Assembly: GCA_023205875.1 (NCBI GenBank)
Contig: CP060758.1
Span: forward strand, 310,001 to 374,000
Length of the DNA: 64,000 bases
DNA from: Chloropicon primus
Lineage: Eukaryota
Direction: 5' to 3'
How positions within the stretch are numbered: the first letter of the stretch is position 1; each line of letters starts with the position of its first letter. Of this stretch, positions 39,483-51,443 are shown piece by piece. Made by a program: the position numbers and the translations under genes. Under the pieces are notes generated by a model. It was given only the letters and a program-made list of their open reading frames with translations. It was not told the origin of the DNA and made no database searches.

Positions 39483-40658
39483 ATGGTGTTCAAAAGGAAA
39501 ACGTCCAAGCCGAAGACTGACGTCGAGATGGCTTCAGCGAACAACGGAGACAGGCAAGATGTGCGAAAGAGCTTGGATCTGGAGTCCCAGGACTCGGTGC
39601 ACAGGAGTTTAGGAAGCCAGAGCAGCCTGACCCCCTCGGACGCCCAGCTCCAGATCTTCGACGAGCTCGACCAGATCGAGCAGAAAGGCATCAAGGCGGC
39701 GCACCAGCACAGGAGGAGTAGCAACAAGAGCGTGTCCATCATCGAGAAGATGCTGAACAGGGACGATGACCAGAAAGGTATTAGGACGACTCAGAACGTG
39801 TTCAAGCAAGCCATCGATCCGAGGAACACGTCAAGGTTGCGCTGGGATTTTGTCATCGTGCTGGCAGTTCTTTACAACTGCCTCGTCATCCCCCTGCGTA
39901 TTGGTTTTGGTGATGACAAGTTCGGCCCCTTCTCCGCCATCGACTTGCTCATCGATCTGATGTTCATGTCGGACATCTTTGTAAACTTTGTCACGGGGTA
40001 CTTCAGGACCGTCAAGGAGACGGGCGAGCAGCAGCTTGTTTTGAGCCAGCCCGCGGCTGCGTATCACTACGCCAGGACCTGGTTCTTCTTCGACACGATA
40101 GCGTCGCTGCCGGTGGACTTCATGCTTCTTCTGCAAGTGTCCCCCAAGGTTCTCCTGTATATGAGGTTCCCAAGAATGCTGCGTTTGCTGAGGCTTCCAA
40201 GGCTGTTCAGGTACATGAAGAGGTGGGAGGAGTACATCGGCTTGAAGCCTCAAGTGCTTCGTCTGTGCAAGACAATCTTCTTGCTGTTCGTTTTCGCCCA
40301 CTTCTCGGCGTGCATTCAGTTCTTCGCTGCGCAGTTGCAAGACTTCCCCGCAGACTGTTGGGTGGCCAAAGCCAAGTTGGTGCAGAAGCCAAAGATGGAG
40401 CAGTACGCGTACTCGCTGTTCACGGCTCTTTCCCATATGCTTTGTATTGGTTACGGACCAACGGCGGGACCAACGAACCTCACGGAAGTGTGGCTGATCA
40501 CCATCTCCATGTGTATCGGTGCCTCGTTCTACATTATCCTGGTCGGTATGATCTCTTCGACGCTCGTGGATGCGGATCAGAACAGGTCAAGGGGAAGAGA
40601 AGGGGTCAGGGCCATGTCTGTGTCATCGCGCATGAGCTTTTCTGGAGATATAGTGTAA
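39483..40658 (+). CDS. HCN-like 6-TM voltage-gated cation channel lacking C-linker/CNBD, paralog 1
   Basis: IDPRNTSRLRWD (S1), YARTWFFFDTIASLPVD (S3), RMLRLLRLPRLFRY (S4), ALSHMLCIGYG pore; stop ~30 aa after S6. Confidence 0.85.
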   Translation: MVFKRKTSKPKTDVEMASANNGDRQDVRKSLDLESQDSVHRSLGSQSSLTPSDAQLQIFDELDQIEQKGIKAAHQHRRSSNKSVSIIEKMLNRDDDQKGIRTTQNVFKQAIDPRNTSRLRWDFVIVLAVLYNCLVIPLRIGFGDDKFGPFSAIDLLIDLMFMSDIFVNFVTGYFRTVKETGEQQLVLSQPAAAYHYARTWFFFDTIASLPVDFMLLLQVSPKVLLYMRFPRMLRLLRLPRLFRYMKRWEEYIGLKPQVLRLCKTIFLLFVFAHFSACIQFFAAQLQDFPADCWVAKAKLVQKPKMEQYAYSLFTALSHMLCIGYGPTAGPTNLTEVWLITISMCIGASFYIILVGMISSTLVDADQNRSRGREGVRAMSVSSRMSFSGDIV

Positions 40659-40738
40659 GTAAGTTAGAAGAGGGGAAACCAAGTCCACACAAAAGTTTCC
40701 TGAATATTGTAAACAAAACCCATACAAACAAGTCAAAG

Positions 40739-41944
40739 TTACGCCGCCCCTTCGCCGACCTCCGAGAGCCCCAAAGAGTTCAGCTCGACCTGGGACTTTC
40801 GCCAGTCCTTGTGCACTTTCACGTGCATGTCGAGGTACACCGGGCGCATGAGGAACTGCTCGATGTCGAGCCGCGCGGACGTCGCTAGCTTCTTCAAGGC
40901 GCTCCCCTTTCTCCCGATCAAAATCTTCTTCTGCGATTCCCTCTCGACTGCAATCTCCACCGAGATGTAGTCCTTGCCCTTGCTCCTCTCCTTGAAGTCC
41001 AGCACGTGCACGTGAGAAGCGTAAGGGACCTCTTCGTCGAACTGAAGGATGAGCTTCTCCCTCACTATCTCAGCCACGAAGAACCTCTCCGGGTGGTCGC
41101 TTATGATGTCCTTGGGGTACATCCACGGCCCCCTCGGAACGCTGGAGTTGCACCACTCGAGGACCTCCTCGAGGCCCTCCCCGGTCTTGCCGCAAGTCCC
41201 CACGCAAGCGTCCGCGAAGCCTTCCTCGGAGACCCAGGCCTTGACGTCCCCCACGAGGTCCTCGTCCACCAGGTCAACCTTGTTAATGACCACGGCAATC
41301 GGGACGTTCTTGTGGTTCTCAGGCGGGCGGAGGAGCTTGATCGTCTCGTAAGGCTCGTAATTCACGTCCACCACCATGAGAATAACGTCAGCGTCCTCCA
41401 CTGCCGTGGTCACGGCCTTCATCATGGTGGTGTCCAGCAGGTTGTTCCTCTTCACCACAACCCCGGGAGTGTCCAACAGTATCAGCTGGCAGTCCCCCTC
41501 CGACCGAATGCCCAGCACCCGTTTCCTCGTCGTGTTCGGCTTCTTCGTCACGATGCTGTACCTCTGCCCAAGCAACCGGTTGCTCAGGGTGCTCTTGCCC
41601 GCGTTCGGCAGTCCTACGAGAGCAACGTAACCGCACCTCTCGTCCTCGTTGCTCTCGGCGTCCTCGTCGAAGAGGAAGGACGAGTCGTCCGCCTCCAGCG
41701 GGTCACTTGGCACGCCACGCGCCACCACAAACCTTGGCATGACGCCTCCTGCCCCCCTCGAGAGGATAACGTTTGCCCAACCTTTGCCGAGCCTCACGTC
41801 GCCGCCTCGGCGTGGGCGCTTATCCTCGTGTCGCGCCGCCTTCCTCGAGCAGATCAAGCTGGACGACGAGCATGATGTGCACTGCCTCTGGGACGACCGA
41901 GCGCCATGGCTCCCCCGAAGCTGCTGCTGACCGCGCGGCTCCAT
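40739..41944 (-). CDS. era: GTPase Era, organellar
   Basis: GYVALVGLPNAGKSTL, KPNTTR, DTPG, NKVD, AEIVREK, EEVPY, SQKKILIGRKGS, VKVHKDWR. Confidence 0.95.
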   Translation of the reverse strand: MEPRGQQQLRGSHGARSSQRQCTSCSSSSLICSRKAARHEDKRPRRGGDVRLGKGWANVILSRGAGGVMPRFVVARGVPSDPLEADDSSFLFDEDAESNEDERCGYVALVGLPNAGKSTLSNRLLGQRYSIVTKKPNTTRKRVLGIRSEGDCQLILLDTPGVVVKRNNLLDTTMMKAVTTAVEDADVILMVVDVNYEPYETIKLLRPPENHKNVPIAVVINKVDLVDEDLVGDVKAWVSEEGFADACVGTCGKTGEGLEEVLEWCNSSVPRGPWMYPKDIISDHPERFFVAEIVREKLILQFDEEVPYASHVHVLDFKERSKGKDYISVEIAVERESQKKILIGRKGSALKKLATSARLDIEQFLMRPVYLDMHVKVHKDWRKSQVELNSLGLSEVGEGAA

Positions 41945-42020
41945 CTCACTCTCTCTCTCTCTCTCTCTCTCTTCCTCCTTGGTATTCGTTTGCTTGCTTG
42001 CCGATTGTAACAATTTGCAT

Positions 42021-43079
42021 TCAATTTTTTAGCAACTCAGTCACGTCGTAGCCCCCCAGGTACAAGATCTCGAGCAGGAAGAGGACGCCAGAGTTCCAAG
42101 TCGCGTGGATGAGCATCGGCGTCGCCAGGTTCTTTGTCCTTACGTACGTGAGCCCAAGGACCACGCCAAGGGCAGTGAGCTGCGCAAAGTCTCGAGAGGT
42201 GAGGTGGGCCGCTCCGAACAAGCCCGCGCTCACGAACGCGGCGGTCGGTGCCGGAAGCCACTTGGTCAAGGTGGCGAGAAGAAAGCCTCTGAAGATGACC
42301 TCCTCCAGGAGAGGTGCCATGACCGAGGTGACCGTCAAGATGCTGAGGAAGACCTTGGGGTCCTGGGACAGCATGGTGACGACCGCGTCCGCGGTTCCCG
42401 CCGAGTCCGAGCCGGCGTTGACGTGGAAGAGAGACAAAATGTAGGCAGTGGCCCCGACACCCAGAAACCCCCCGAGCATTCCTATGAGCGCCCACAGCAG
42501 CCACCCGTCCCTTCGGTCGAACGGCTTCTCCAAGCTGAACCGGAAGAGGTCCTTGGGGAGAGGGGAGTAAGGCCTCGTGACCAGCCAGATGAGCCCGAGC
42601 CCTACGACGAGCTCGCAAGTTTGGTCCAGCAGGAGGAAGTAGGCCTTGTCATCCGGCGATCCCGCGTCCGCAAAGTCCAGGTGCAGCAGCCCCGCGAGGC
42701 TGGGGGCGACGAAGACGCCTATCCCGAGAAACAGGAAGGCCCAAGCCAGGAACCCCGTGGCAAGGACCTTCCCTCCCCAAGGCACGTCAAACTTCGTGTC
42801 GGCCAAGATGGAAAGGTCGAGGAGTCCCGCCTTGAACTCCTCCGCCGTCACGTCTTCCTCCCCGAGGTTCCTCTTGGAAGACCGCCTCCGCGAAGGTGAC
42901 TTCAGGTTCCCGAGGGAGAAGCTTCTTCTCGAGCCACCCCAGGCAGAGACCCAAGGACGACGGATGTTGTTGCTCTCGCGGTTCGAGGAGGAGGCTCCGG
43001 AACTTCTTCTCGCGCATCTCCCGCATGAAACCGATTCCGCCTTGGCCCTGATGGCCGTAGACCCCGCCGACCTCCACAT
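42021..43079 (-). CDS. CPBP/Abi (type II CAAX) intramembrane metalloprotease, plastid-type
   Basis: APLLEEVIFRGFL, FGAAH, IHATWN motifs; multiple TM segments. Confidence 0.9.
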   Translation of the reverse strand: MWRSAGSTAIRAKAESVSCGRCARRSSGASSSNRESNNIRRPWVSAWGGSRRSFSLGNLKSPSRRRSSKRNLGEEDVTAEEFKAGLLDLSILADTKFDVPWGGKVLATGFLAWAFLFLGIGVFVAPSLAGLLHLDFADAGSPDDKAYFLLLDQTCELVVGLGLIWLVTRPYSPLPKDLFRFSLEKPFDRRDGWLLWALIGMLGGFLGVGATAYILSLFHVNAGSDSAGTADAVVTMLSQDPKVFLSILTVTSVMAPLLEEVIFRGFLLATLTKWLPAPTAAFVSAGLFGAAHLTSRDFAQLTALGVVLGLTYVRTKNLATPMLIHATWNSGVLFLLEILYLGGYDVTELLKN

Positions 43080-44648
43080 CCTTCCCTTCTGCAACACAAT
43101 CACTCGAATCGAATCGAATCGAACCAAACCAAATCAAATCAAATCAAACACTCGGTTTGATGTTGAAAAGAGTTCTCCCTCCCCAGAGCGAGAGTCAAAA
43201 CTGTCGCAGGAGGAGGAAGAGACGATCCCGATCCTCTCGACGCTCTCGTCGCTGCTCCTCGCCGTACCCCTTCCTTCCTTCCTTCCTTCCACGAGCCAAG
43301 TGACTTCTCTGTCGTATGTCGTCGTATGATCACCTCACCGCTTTCGTGTCCCCAAATCCTCCCCAGAGCGCTGTGCACCTGAAGCGCGAGCTCAAACGAA
43401 AGGTGAGGAGACGACGCTTCTGTATCTCCTCCTCTCCCCCCTTTTCCGAAACCCCTCCGCCGCGCGCCACGACCCTCCTCTTCCTCCTCTTCCTCCTTTG
43501 GCCTCTCGATCGATCAGGCTATGATCTCTCTCTGCTCTCGCTTCCTCCCGTCGCAGGAAAGGGAAAGTTTGGCCAACTTTTCTGGAGAGGAGGAATCCTG
43601 GCGCGCGCGTTGCAACGAGGAGGAGGGAGGGAGGAGATGCCTTCTTCTTCCTCAAGGAAACGGAAACGCTCTCTGAACGCTTGGTTTTTTGACCTTTTGG
43701 GATAATTGAGTCCAAGAGAACGTGCCCCGAAAAGATTCCTGCCAAGGCCACGAACGAGATCGTCGACGCGATCTCTCCATTGACACTGAAGGTCTTGGGA
43801 GAGATGACGGTTGACAAAGAGGGGGACCCTATCCATCATACAAGTTGTGAGGCACAACCTCTTGATCCTTCATCAAAGATACGTTCGTACGAGTAGTCTA
43901 CTCCTTGGTCTTGTTGGAACGATGCAAGCCGAAAGGTTCGGGACCTTTTTGTCTATCTTGTCGATCTGTCACTTGCATGGATCGCCTGTCTTTGTGTTGT
44001 GTCGTGTGTTGGTTGGTCTTATTCCAGCGCAAAAAAAGGAATCTATCTCTCTCTCTACTTTCCATCTCTTGGTTGCAATTACAGCAATTCACACCCTGTG
44101 GTCCTCTCCCTCTCTCTCCCTCTCTCTCCCTCTCCCTCTCCTCTCTTCCCTCTGGAAAAAAAATAAGGACGAAGAAAGAACGAAGAAAGTCTGAGGTCTG
44201 ACCTTCAAGCTTGAAGCTTCGAGCACCGAAGAAAAAAAAATAAACCAGAGGCTACCCTGGGCAAAGTGCAGCCGAGAGAGAGAGAGACCGAGGGACCAAC
44301 AAGCCAAGACAAGGGCTTTGGGCTTACCCACACAACCACTTTACCGAGGACCGAGGCCGAGATACGACCGTGTGCACGGCAACCTTGACCCTGGCCTGAC
44401 CTTGGCACCAGACGCAACGCTTCGAAGGTCAAGGCATTCGCTTCCGTGCTTGTTCGTGGAAAACAATCTTTTCTTGTGTTTGTTTTTTGTGTTGTGGAGG
44501 TTGAGGTGAACGAGGTCAAAGCATTGGAGAGGTCTGTGCAAAGTAACCTGGTGGGGATGTGCGGGTCCATCCTTTAGGCTAGGACTGTCTTAGGCTAGGA
44601 CATTCTTTGCCGTATTCGTAAGCACACAAAGTTTGTTGAACAGCATTT

Positions 44649-45851
44649 ATGGACAGAAACGGAAACAACAATATGAGTAACAAGGTAGCACCTGGCATTG
44701 ACGACAGTCCGCCCCCCATGCTAGACAACTTGGTGGACAACACGCCGAGTCTCGGGGAAGGGACGGGATATTCCATTGAGGATGAGCTTCAGAACAACAG
44801 CAACATGTTTCGGGACGAGGCAAAGATTGAGGCGGAGGAGCAGGACGCGGACAGAAGAGAAAGCCGAACGAGTCTGATAGCGAGGATATTGGGGAAGGAG
44901 GAGCCCAAGATACGCATGGTGGGTCCGCTCAGAACGAAATCGGTGATAAAGAGGTACACGACGGAAGTTTGGGACCCCAGAAGCACAGGAAGACTTCGGT
45001 GGGATGCCGTTGTTGTTGTCTGTGTCTTGTACAACTGCCTTGTCCTGCCGTTTCGAATTGGGTTTGGTGATGACGAGTTCGGTCCACTCTCTGTATTAGA
45101 ACTGATGGTGGACGTGATGTTTATCACAGACATTTTTGTGAACTTTAGGACAGGGTACTTTACGTTTGACAGGGAAGAAGACGAGTACATACTGGTTCTG
45201 AAGCAGCCTCAGGCGGCGTATCACTACGCGAGGACGTGGTTCTTCTTCGACCTCGTGTCCTCGCTTCCGGTGGACCTGCTGCTGCTATTCAACATGAACA
45301 GCAAGACTCTTCTTTACCTTCGCTTTCCCAGGATGCTTAGGCTGCTCAGACTTCCAAGACTGTTTAGGTACCTGAATAGGTGGGAGCAACAGATTGGTAT
45401 TTCGAGGCAGGCGTTCCGTATGGCAAAGACGCTTTTCCTGCTGTTCGAATTTGCACACTTCTCGGCGTGCATGCAGTTCTTCTCCGCCAAGTTCATGGAC
45501 TTCCCAGACACGAGTTGGGTCGTGAAGGCAAACATTGACGACGATACAAAGCCGGAGCAGTACGCGTACTCCTTGTTCACCTCGTTGTCGCATATGCTTT
45601 GTATTGGATATGGCCCCACGGGTGGCCCGGAGAACGTCACTGAGGTGTGCCTGATCATGGCGTCGATGTGTATAGGAGCATCGTTCTACATTATCCTGGT
45701 CGGTATGATCTCATCGAACCTCGTAGAAAAGGATACTGGTCTTGCGAAGAGGAAGGACCACCCTGCGTTATTGGAGCTTCAAAAGAAACAGAGGGCTTCT
45801 CTGCTCATCAGGGAAAAGAGCATGTTTGCGTCCCCACGCATCAATCGCTAG
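44649..45851 (+). CDS. HCN-like 6-TM voltage-gated cation channel lacking C-linker/CNBD, paralog 2
   Basis: Close paralog of 39483-40658; RMLRLLRLPRLFRY, SLSHMLCIGYG; short C-tail. Confidence 0.85.
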   Translation: MDRNGNNNMSNKVAPGIDDSPPPMLDNLVDNTPSLGEGTGYSIEDELQNNSNMFRDEAKIEAEEQDADRRESRTSLIARILGKEEPKIRMVGPLRTKSVIKRYTTEVWDPRSTGRLRWDAVVVVCVLYNCLVLPFRIGFGDDEFGPLSVLELMVDVMFITDIFVNFRTGYFTFDREEDEYILVLKQPQAAYHYARTWFFFDLVSSLPVDLLLLFNMNSKTLLYLRFPRMLRLLRLPRLFRYLNRWEQQIGISRQAFRMAKTLFLLFEFAHFSACMQFFSAKFMDFPDTSWVVKANIDDDTKPEQYAYSLFTSLSHMLCIGYGPTGGPENVTEVCLIMASMCIGASFYIILVGMISSNLVEKDTGLAKRKDHPALLELQKKQRASLLIREKSMFASPRINR

Positions 45852-46199
45852 ACCCGGACGACAGGATAATGATAGTCAGTATGATTGATACCATTTGATG
45901 TAAACAAGTTTATTTTATTCCAACGCTCTCACGAATTTCCTCTCTTGAACTACTCACTTGCCGAATATATTTTCCATTCTGATGGTTGGGAGGGGTGGAG
46001 TGGAAAAAGAGACAGGAGGCATAAGCCGCGCGACAATTCAATCATAAAGTATATTTTCTCAAGATAAGGCACATCTCGGTCCTATGTGTCAGGGCCCACC
46101 TCGTCAATTTTGTGACGAATCGTGAACCATTCAGCAGTCCGTGACAGTGTTCGGAGACGCGTCTGAGCCCTTGGTTTTCTCTGGCCAGTGGAGCAAGTC

Positions 46200-47480
46200 C
46201 ACTATAGGTGAATGATCGTGAATTATCTTTGTTACTCGCAGGCAAGTATTAATAATCATTCTTTTCCTTCCTTGTTCATAAACGCTTTATCACTGCTTCC
46301 CCTTTTCGCATTCTAAATCCACCCAAGTCATTCCATCCACGAAAGCTTCAAAATCTGAAGCGCTTCGTCCTACTACCTACCTACCTACAACTATGCCCTG
46401 CGCCAATAGTAGCTGTATCAGAAAAAATTGTAGGAGGAAATTCTAACGATACGTTACGTCGTCGTTGAAATGAAAGGAGTAAAACTTCTTAAACATACAC
46501 GTTTATGCACCGCTGTTCCCACGATAAAATAAGCAATAATGCTATCTCATAATAATGGAAAAAAAGAATAATTGAAAAACCCGCTCAAGAGTAATAATTT
46601 CGATATATCTATGTGAATTAAATGCAGTTAAACATGATTTTCAAATATAGGAAGTGGACTACAGCATTACCCATTTTTGTCATATTATTTTGTGCTTTGG
46701 GAGACCAACAGACAACAATCAACAGGCACCCCCCCCCCAAATATATATATATATATATATAGCAATAAATAATAAATGAAAAATCTTAAACGTAGTCCCT
46801 GCACTAACAATAAGCAACTCCTCGTAAATATTAGGTGTCAACATAACAAGATATAGCTATGCCTCAGAGAAGAAGAGTTTGAAGAGAATTACATTGATGC
46901 CATTTAGGTCGTGATATAGGTTGCATATTGAAAAGAATAGTCATCGTGGTTGAGAGACTGTTTTGAAAGAGAAGAGAAGAGGCAGATCGACTAATGATTG
47001 GAGGAGGCAACAAGGTAATCTCGTAACTTTTGGAGTTAAAATAGTTTTTTTTTATGATTGCATTTCGATATGAAACAACATGTGTTGAATTGTTTAAAAA
47101 CCAAGTTAAGTTGCCTTTTCGAAGAATGACACAACGTTGAGGTATCAAATGGAACATGGAGAAAAGATGATATTCATTGGATGATTTGGTTGAAGCAGGA
47201 AAAATATCGTGCTATATCAAACGGCAATTACTCACTTTGACAATATCCTCGTTTGTCAAGTTTTCACTTCAGAATATAAAAAAAAATGGAATGAAAGTCG
47301 AAAACATGCCCTGTCGAACAAATGAGGGAGAAAAACTCGATATTTCAATTTGTTTCAAGCATTACTTCTGAAATGACACCGAAGTACGTCAATGTAAGCG
47401 AGAAAGTAATTTTTTTTATTATAATGCGTGAAAAACCTTTTTTCATGTTATTCCTTGGCAGATAAACCCATACGCGCACG
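46200..47480. other. AT-rich island without convincing ORFs
   Basis: Visibly much lower GC than flanking genes, with A/T runs and (AT)n at ~46741-46761; boundaries approximate. Confidence 0.7.
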
Positions 47481-48222
47481 TTTGGCAGTTTGTCAACTCT
47501 GCTGCTGTTTTGGTGAAGCTTGCCCATTCAAATCGAATTGCTTGGGTTACAAAAATGCAATGCTTCGCATGCAGTAGGGGCTCTTGTTGCATTGCAGAAG
47601 GGCAGACAAGTGAAGTTGCGGTGTGGGGAAGGGTCGATTGTTGGAGTCAGTGGTAGAGCTTATTCACCACGAAGGCCATGAGAGAATATCTCGTTGTGCT
47701 CCATTACGACGGGTTTAACTCCTGCGATGTTTTTTTCCTTCTCCATCACGATCCATCACGGCGTGCTGCAGGGGCTTGTCAGTGATGAATACTTTGGAGT
47801 ACACAAATTAGCCTTGAAAGGAACAGGGACTTTTCAGGCACGCACCGCTTTAACTGTAATAATTTCGAAAGAGCTAGAAAATCCGCTTGATGCTCTCCGT
47901 CTTGGGTTTGGGCCTCTTTCAATGAAGCGCGACGCCACAATACATTGTTGGCGCTTATATTATGTTGTTGCTCCTCTAGTTTCTATCGAGATCCCTGCTT
48001 TGACCTTTCGTCGCCTGCTTCTGATACAGATGTACAAGAATAACAAAGGGGTTATATCTTTGTGCGTTCTCCCGCCGTAGGATGCTCGTCTATCACCGGG
48101 CAATGCCTTTCTCGTCCTTTTTTTCCGCTCTCCTTTTGTTTCCCCCCCAAAATGATCAAGAGATCTTGAAAATTGTGGCCAAGAGAGAGATCTCAGACGA
48201 GGTCGAGGTAGAGAGGAAGAGG

Positions 48223-49128
48223 ATGCTCTCGACATTGCTGAAGCGCCAGCCGGGGATTGTGCGAGCGAAGGCCTCACGGGGAGGGGACGCTTTCGCGAGA
48301 GCACAGCGATGCTCCTCCCTGCCCTCGTCCTCGGAGTTCGAGCTGAGTCGGAGAACTTTGTCGAAGGGTTTGATCGCTGCATCCGCATCTGCCGTTCTCG
48401 GGCGGACGGTTGCAGCCCAAGCAGCAAGGATAGACGTGGAGCAGCTGCTGGAGGGGTACCAGTTTCCAGACGAGTTCCCGTTCAGGGCACAGGACTTCCA
48501 GCGCTTCGACGAGGGGAGTGACTCCGCGTTCTACTCCTCCCCTCGCTTCGTCACGCACATCGACGACGGGGCAATAAATGCTCTGACGCGGTTCTACGAG
48601 GCCAACCTGCCACAGGGCCCTGACGTCGCCGTGCTCGACATCTGTTCCTCGTGGATCTCCCATTTGCCAAAGGACTACAGCGCGGGAAGGGTTGCGGGGC
48701 TGGGCATGAACGACGAAGAGCTGAGGGCGAACCCCCAGCTCACGGATTACGTGGTCCAGGACCTCAACGAGAAGCCCCGGTTGCCCTACGAAGCCGAGTC
48801 CTTCGACGCTGTGCTAAACGCTGTGAGTGTGGACTACATGACGAAGCCCTTGGAGCTCTTCCAAGAGATTCACAGGGTGCTGAAGCCCGGTGGTGTCGCC
48901 ATGATGTCCTTCAGCAACCGCTGCTTCCCCACGAAAGCGATTAGTGTGTGGACGCAGACGGGTGATCCTGACCACGTGCTTATCGTGGGCTCCTACTTCC
49001 ACTACGCTGGTGGGTTTGAGCACCCCAAGTGCAAGGATATCTCCCCGAGCAACTGGTCTTTGCCCTTCGCAAAGGTGCTTGGAAGCGGAGACCCCATGTA
49101 CGTCGTTTACGGCAAGAAGGAGGCCTAG
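48223..49128 (+). CDS. SAM-dependent methyltransferase (Methyltransf_11-like), probably plastid-targeted
   Basis: FYSSPRFVTHIDD, VLDICSSWISHLP, GLGMNDEEL, SVDYMTKP, RVLKPGG, SFSNRCFPTKA. Confidence 0.9.
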   Translation: MLSTLLKRQPGIVRAKASRGGDAFARAQRCSSLPSSSEFELSRRTLSKGLIAASASAVLGRTVAAQAARIDVEQLLEGYQFPDEFPFRAQDFQRFDEGSDSAFYSSPRFVTHIDDGAINALTRFYEANLPQGPDVAVLDICSSWISHLPKDYSAGRVAGLGMNDEELRANPQLTDYVVQDLNEKPRLPYEAESFDAVLNAVSVDYMTKPLELFQEIHRVLKPGGVAMMSFSNRCFPTKAISVWTQTGDPDHVLIVGSYFHYAGGFEHPKCKDISPSNWSLPFAKVLGSGDPMYVVYGKKEA

Positions 49129-49249
49129 GCCTAGGGGGTGGTCGTTGTACATGACTATTGTAATATGATGAAAGCACAAAATTATAAAAGTTACACACAC
49201 ACACACACACAAACGCAAGCACGGAAGCGCAAGACTCGCTTCGTGTTGC

Positions 49250-51407
49250 TCACCCTCCGGTCTGCTTACCCAGATATTGGACGTACTTCTGCAGCAGGGG
49301 AACGACCAGGATGTCCCTGAAGTTCTGGAGGAAGAAGTTGATTTCTTCCATACTTTCGCACTGGAGCAACTCCCGCTTCCTGTAGTGGAAGATCGAGACC
49401 GCGAGCAGGACTAACGGAATCAGGGAGTCAAACCCCACGACCCGATCCCACAGCAGCAGCACCTGCTCCGGCACGAGAATATCGGCGAAGGCCTGGACAA
49501 TCCAAGGGAATGCCAGTGCCAAGGGCGACACTCCAATGATGCCGTACAAGTGATAGTTCACTTCGGGCTCGGTCTCCTCCATGAGGCATTCGAACAGCTG
49601 GCAGAGCCCAAGCAAGGATGGCGAGGAGCCACTGGTGGGGTCGTAAGGCCCAGAATGCAGCTTGCAAAAGTAGCGGCAGTACAGAGCCCTGAAGAAAAAG
49701 TAGCAACCAGCGTGATCTTCGATCTGCTTTGCGTTGCTCGAGAGTTCCTTCCTCTGTTTCTCTTGAGACTTTTGCAGGACTGTCTCGCTTTTCCTTCTGT
49801 CCTTGGAAAGACTTGCGTGCTTGCCCCTCAAGCCGTGCGAAGCTGAGAACGGCCTTTGACTGTACCTGTCCTGCAGGTGGTTAGCACGCGCAGGAAACGC
49901 TGTCTTCTCCCTCGCCGTCGAGAGTTCTTGGAAGCCGAAGAGGAAAGTCAAGGGTGCAGCGTACCAGGACATGCCACGAAATGGAATTACGCCGCAGGGG
50001 GGGTAAAGACCATGGTTCTCACCGGACTCCCCGAATCCATACAACTTGGGCCTCGAGCCGGCCTCGCCCTTGCACAGGCCAAGAACTTTTTCGTCAAGAA
50101 GGAAAGCCAAAAGCGTCGACTTGAGGATGTCCTCGAACGGAAAGTAGTGGTCACTGTCGAGGATCGTGGAGATGTCCCTTTCCACCATCCTCTGCCAGGA
50201 GGTCGAGGTGCACGAGAAAGAAACCAGGGTCAGAACTTGAAAGACACGCTGCACATCACGCCGCTCCAGCAGCAACGTACCTCGATCAGCATCTTGCTCA
50301 TTTTCCGCTTCCTGTGCAAGGAAGCCAGCCACTTCTTCTTCGGATTCGAAACCACGTCTATTTTGACGCCAAGCGAAGCTGCCCAGACCTTGCACCTCAT
50401 CTCGGAAGGAACCCCAGTCCTGCAAAACTTGCGCAAGCTCGAAACGTCGCCTTTTTCTAACAGTTGAACCCCCGCCTCCCGCTTCTTCGTGTAATAAGGA
50501 TCTTGCACCAAGTCATCCACTCCTATCTGTTGTGGTTGCCCGAAAGAAAACAAGAACAAGAACAACTTCAGTGGTCAGCCAATAAGGTCGCCGACCTGCG
50601 AGGAAGGGAGTGGCATACCTGGGCGTGATGCACGTCTAAATCACTGTACTCGTGGTAAACGTCCGCGCAGCTCATCAAGGGAAGGCATTTTGGTATCAGA
50701 CTGCAGCCGTACTCAATGAGATCCCTCATCTCCAAACTATAGTAAGACTTTGAGCCCTCTACCTGCCTGAACACCTCCCTCGAATTGAACAAGGACGGCG
50801 AAGCGTCCCTGTGATTCCTGTCGACCAACACCTTCAACTTCTGGACGGCTTCGAAGAGGGTGTCGACCGAGTAGAGGCAAAACCCATCCTGATCGTGCTG
50901 ATACTCGACATAGTCCGAGCTCAAATCCTTGCTCCTTAGCTTGAACTCCCCAGATGAGCTCGTTCCTCCGTTCGCCAAGTGGCGATAAAAGTCGTACCCG
51001 TTTGCTGCCAGAGGCACGCGCGTCCTGCTTGCCACGCTCTTGAGACGCTCGCACAGTCCGCTGGCCCACTCGTGGCTGAGCCTCCCCAGCGCACTGTGCT
51101 GCTGCTTCAGCCCATGGAGCTCGAAGGGTTGCTGCCCACCCGTGCCGCTCTCCTCAGCCTCTGCAACCCCTCCCCCCTCCTCCTCCTCCTCTGCAGACTT
51201 GGATCTTTCCACTACTACCTTGGGCTTCACCTCCACCTTCTTCCTGCTCGCCTTCCTCGTTGCGTGCGCCGTCAAGCTTTCGTTTATGGCGAAGCCCTCG
51301 AGTTGGCTCTTGTCCGATGAACCAAACTCGTGAAGTATCTTGACAATCTCCTCCCTGCAAGAGAATGCAATCAAATCGAATCGAATCGAATGGAATGGAG
51401 CAGTCAG

Positions 51408-51443
<36 letters not shown>

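Noticed and set aside
43200..44600. Short ORFs in the long spacer before channel paralog 2
   Set aside because: Low-complexity, microsatellite-rich, no motifs; probably UTR, intron or promoter
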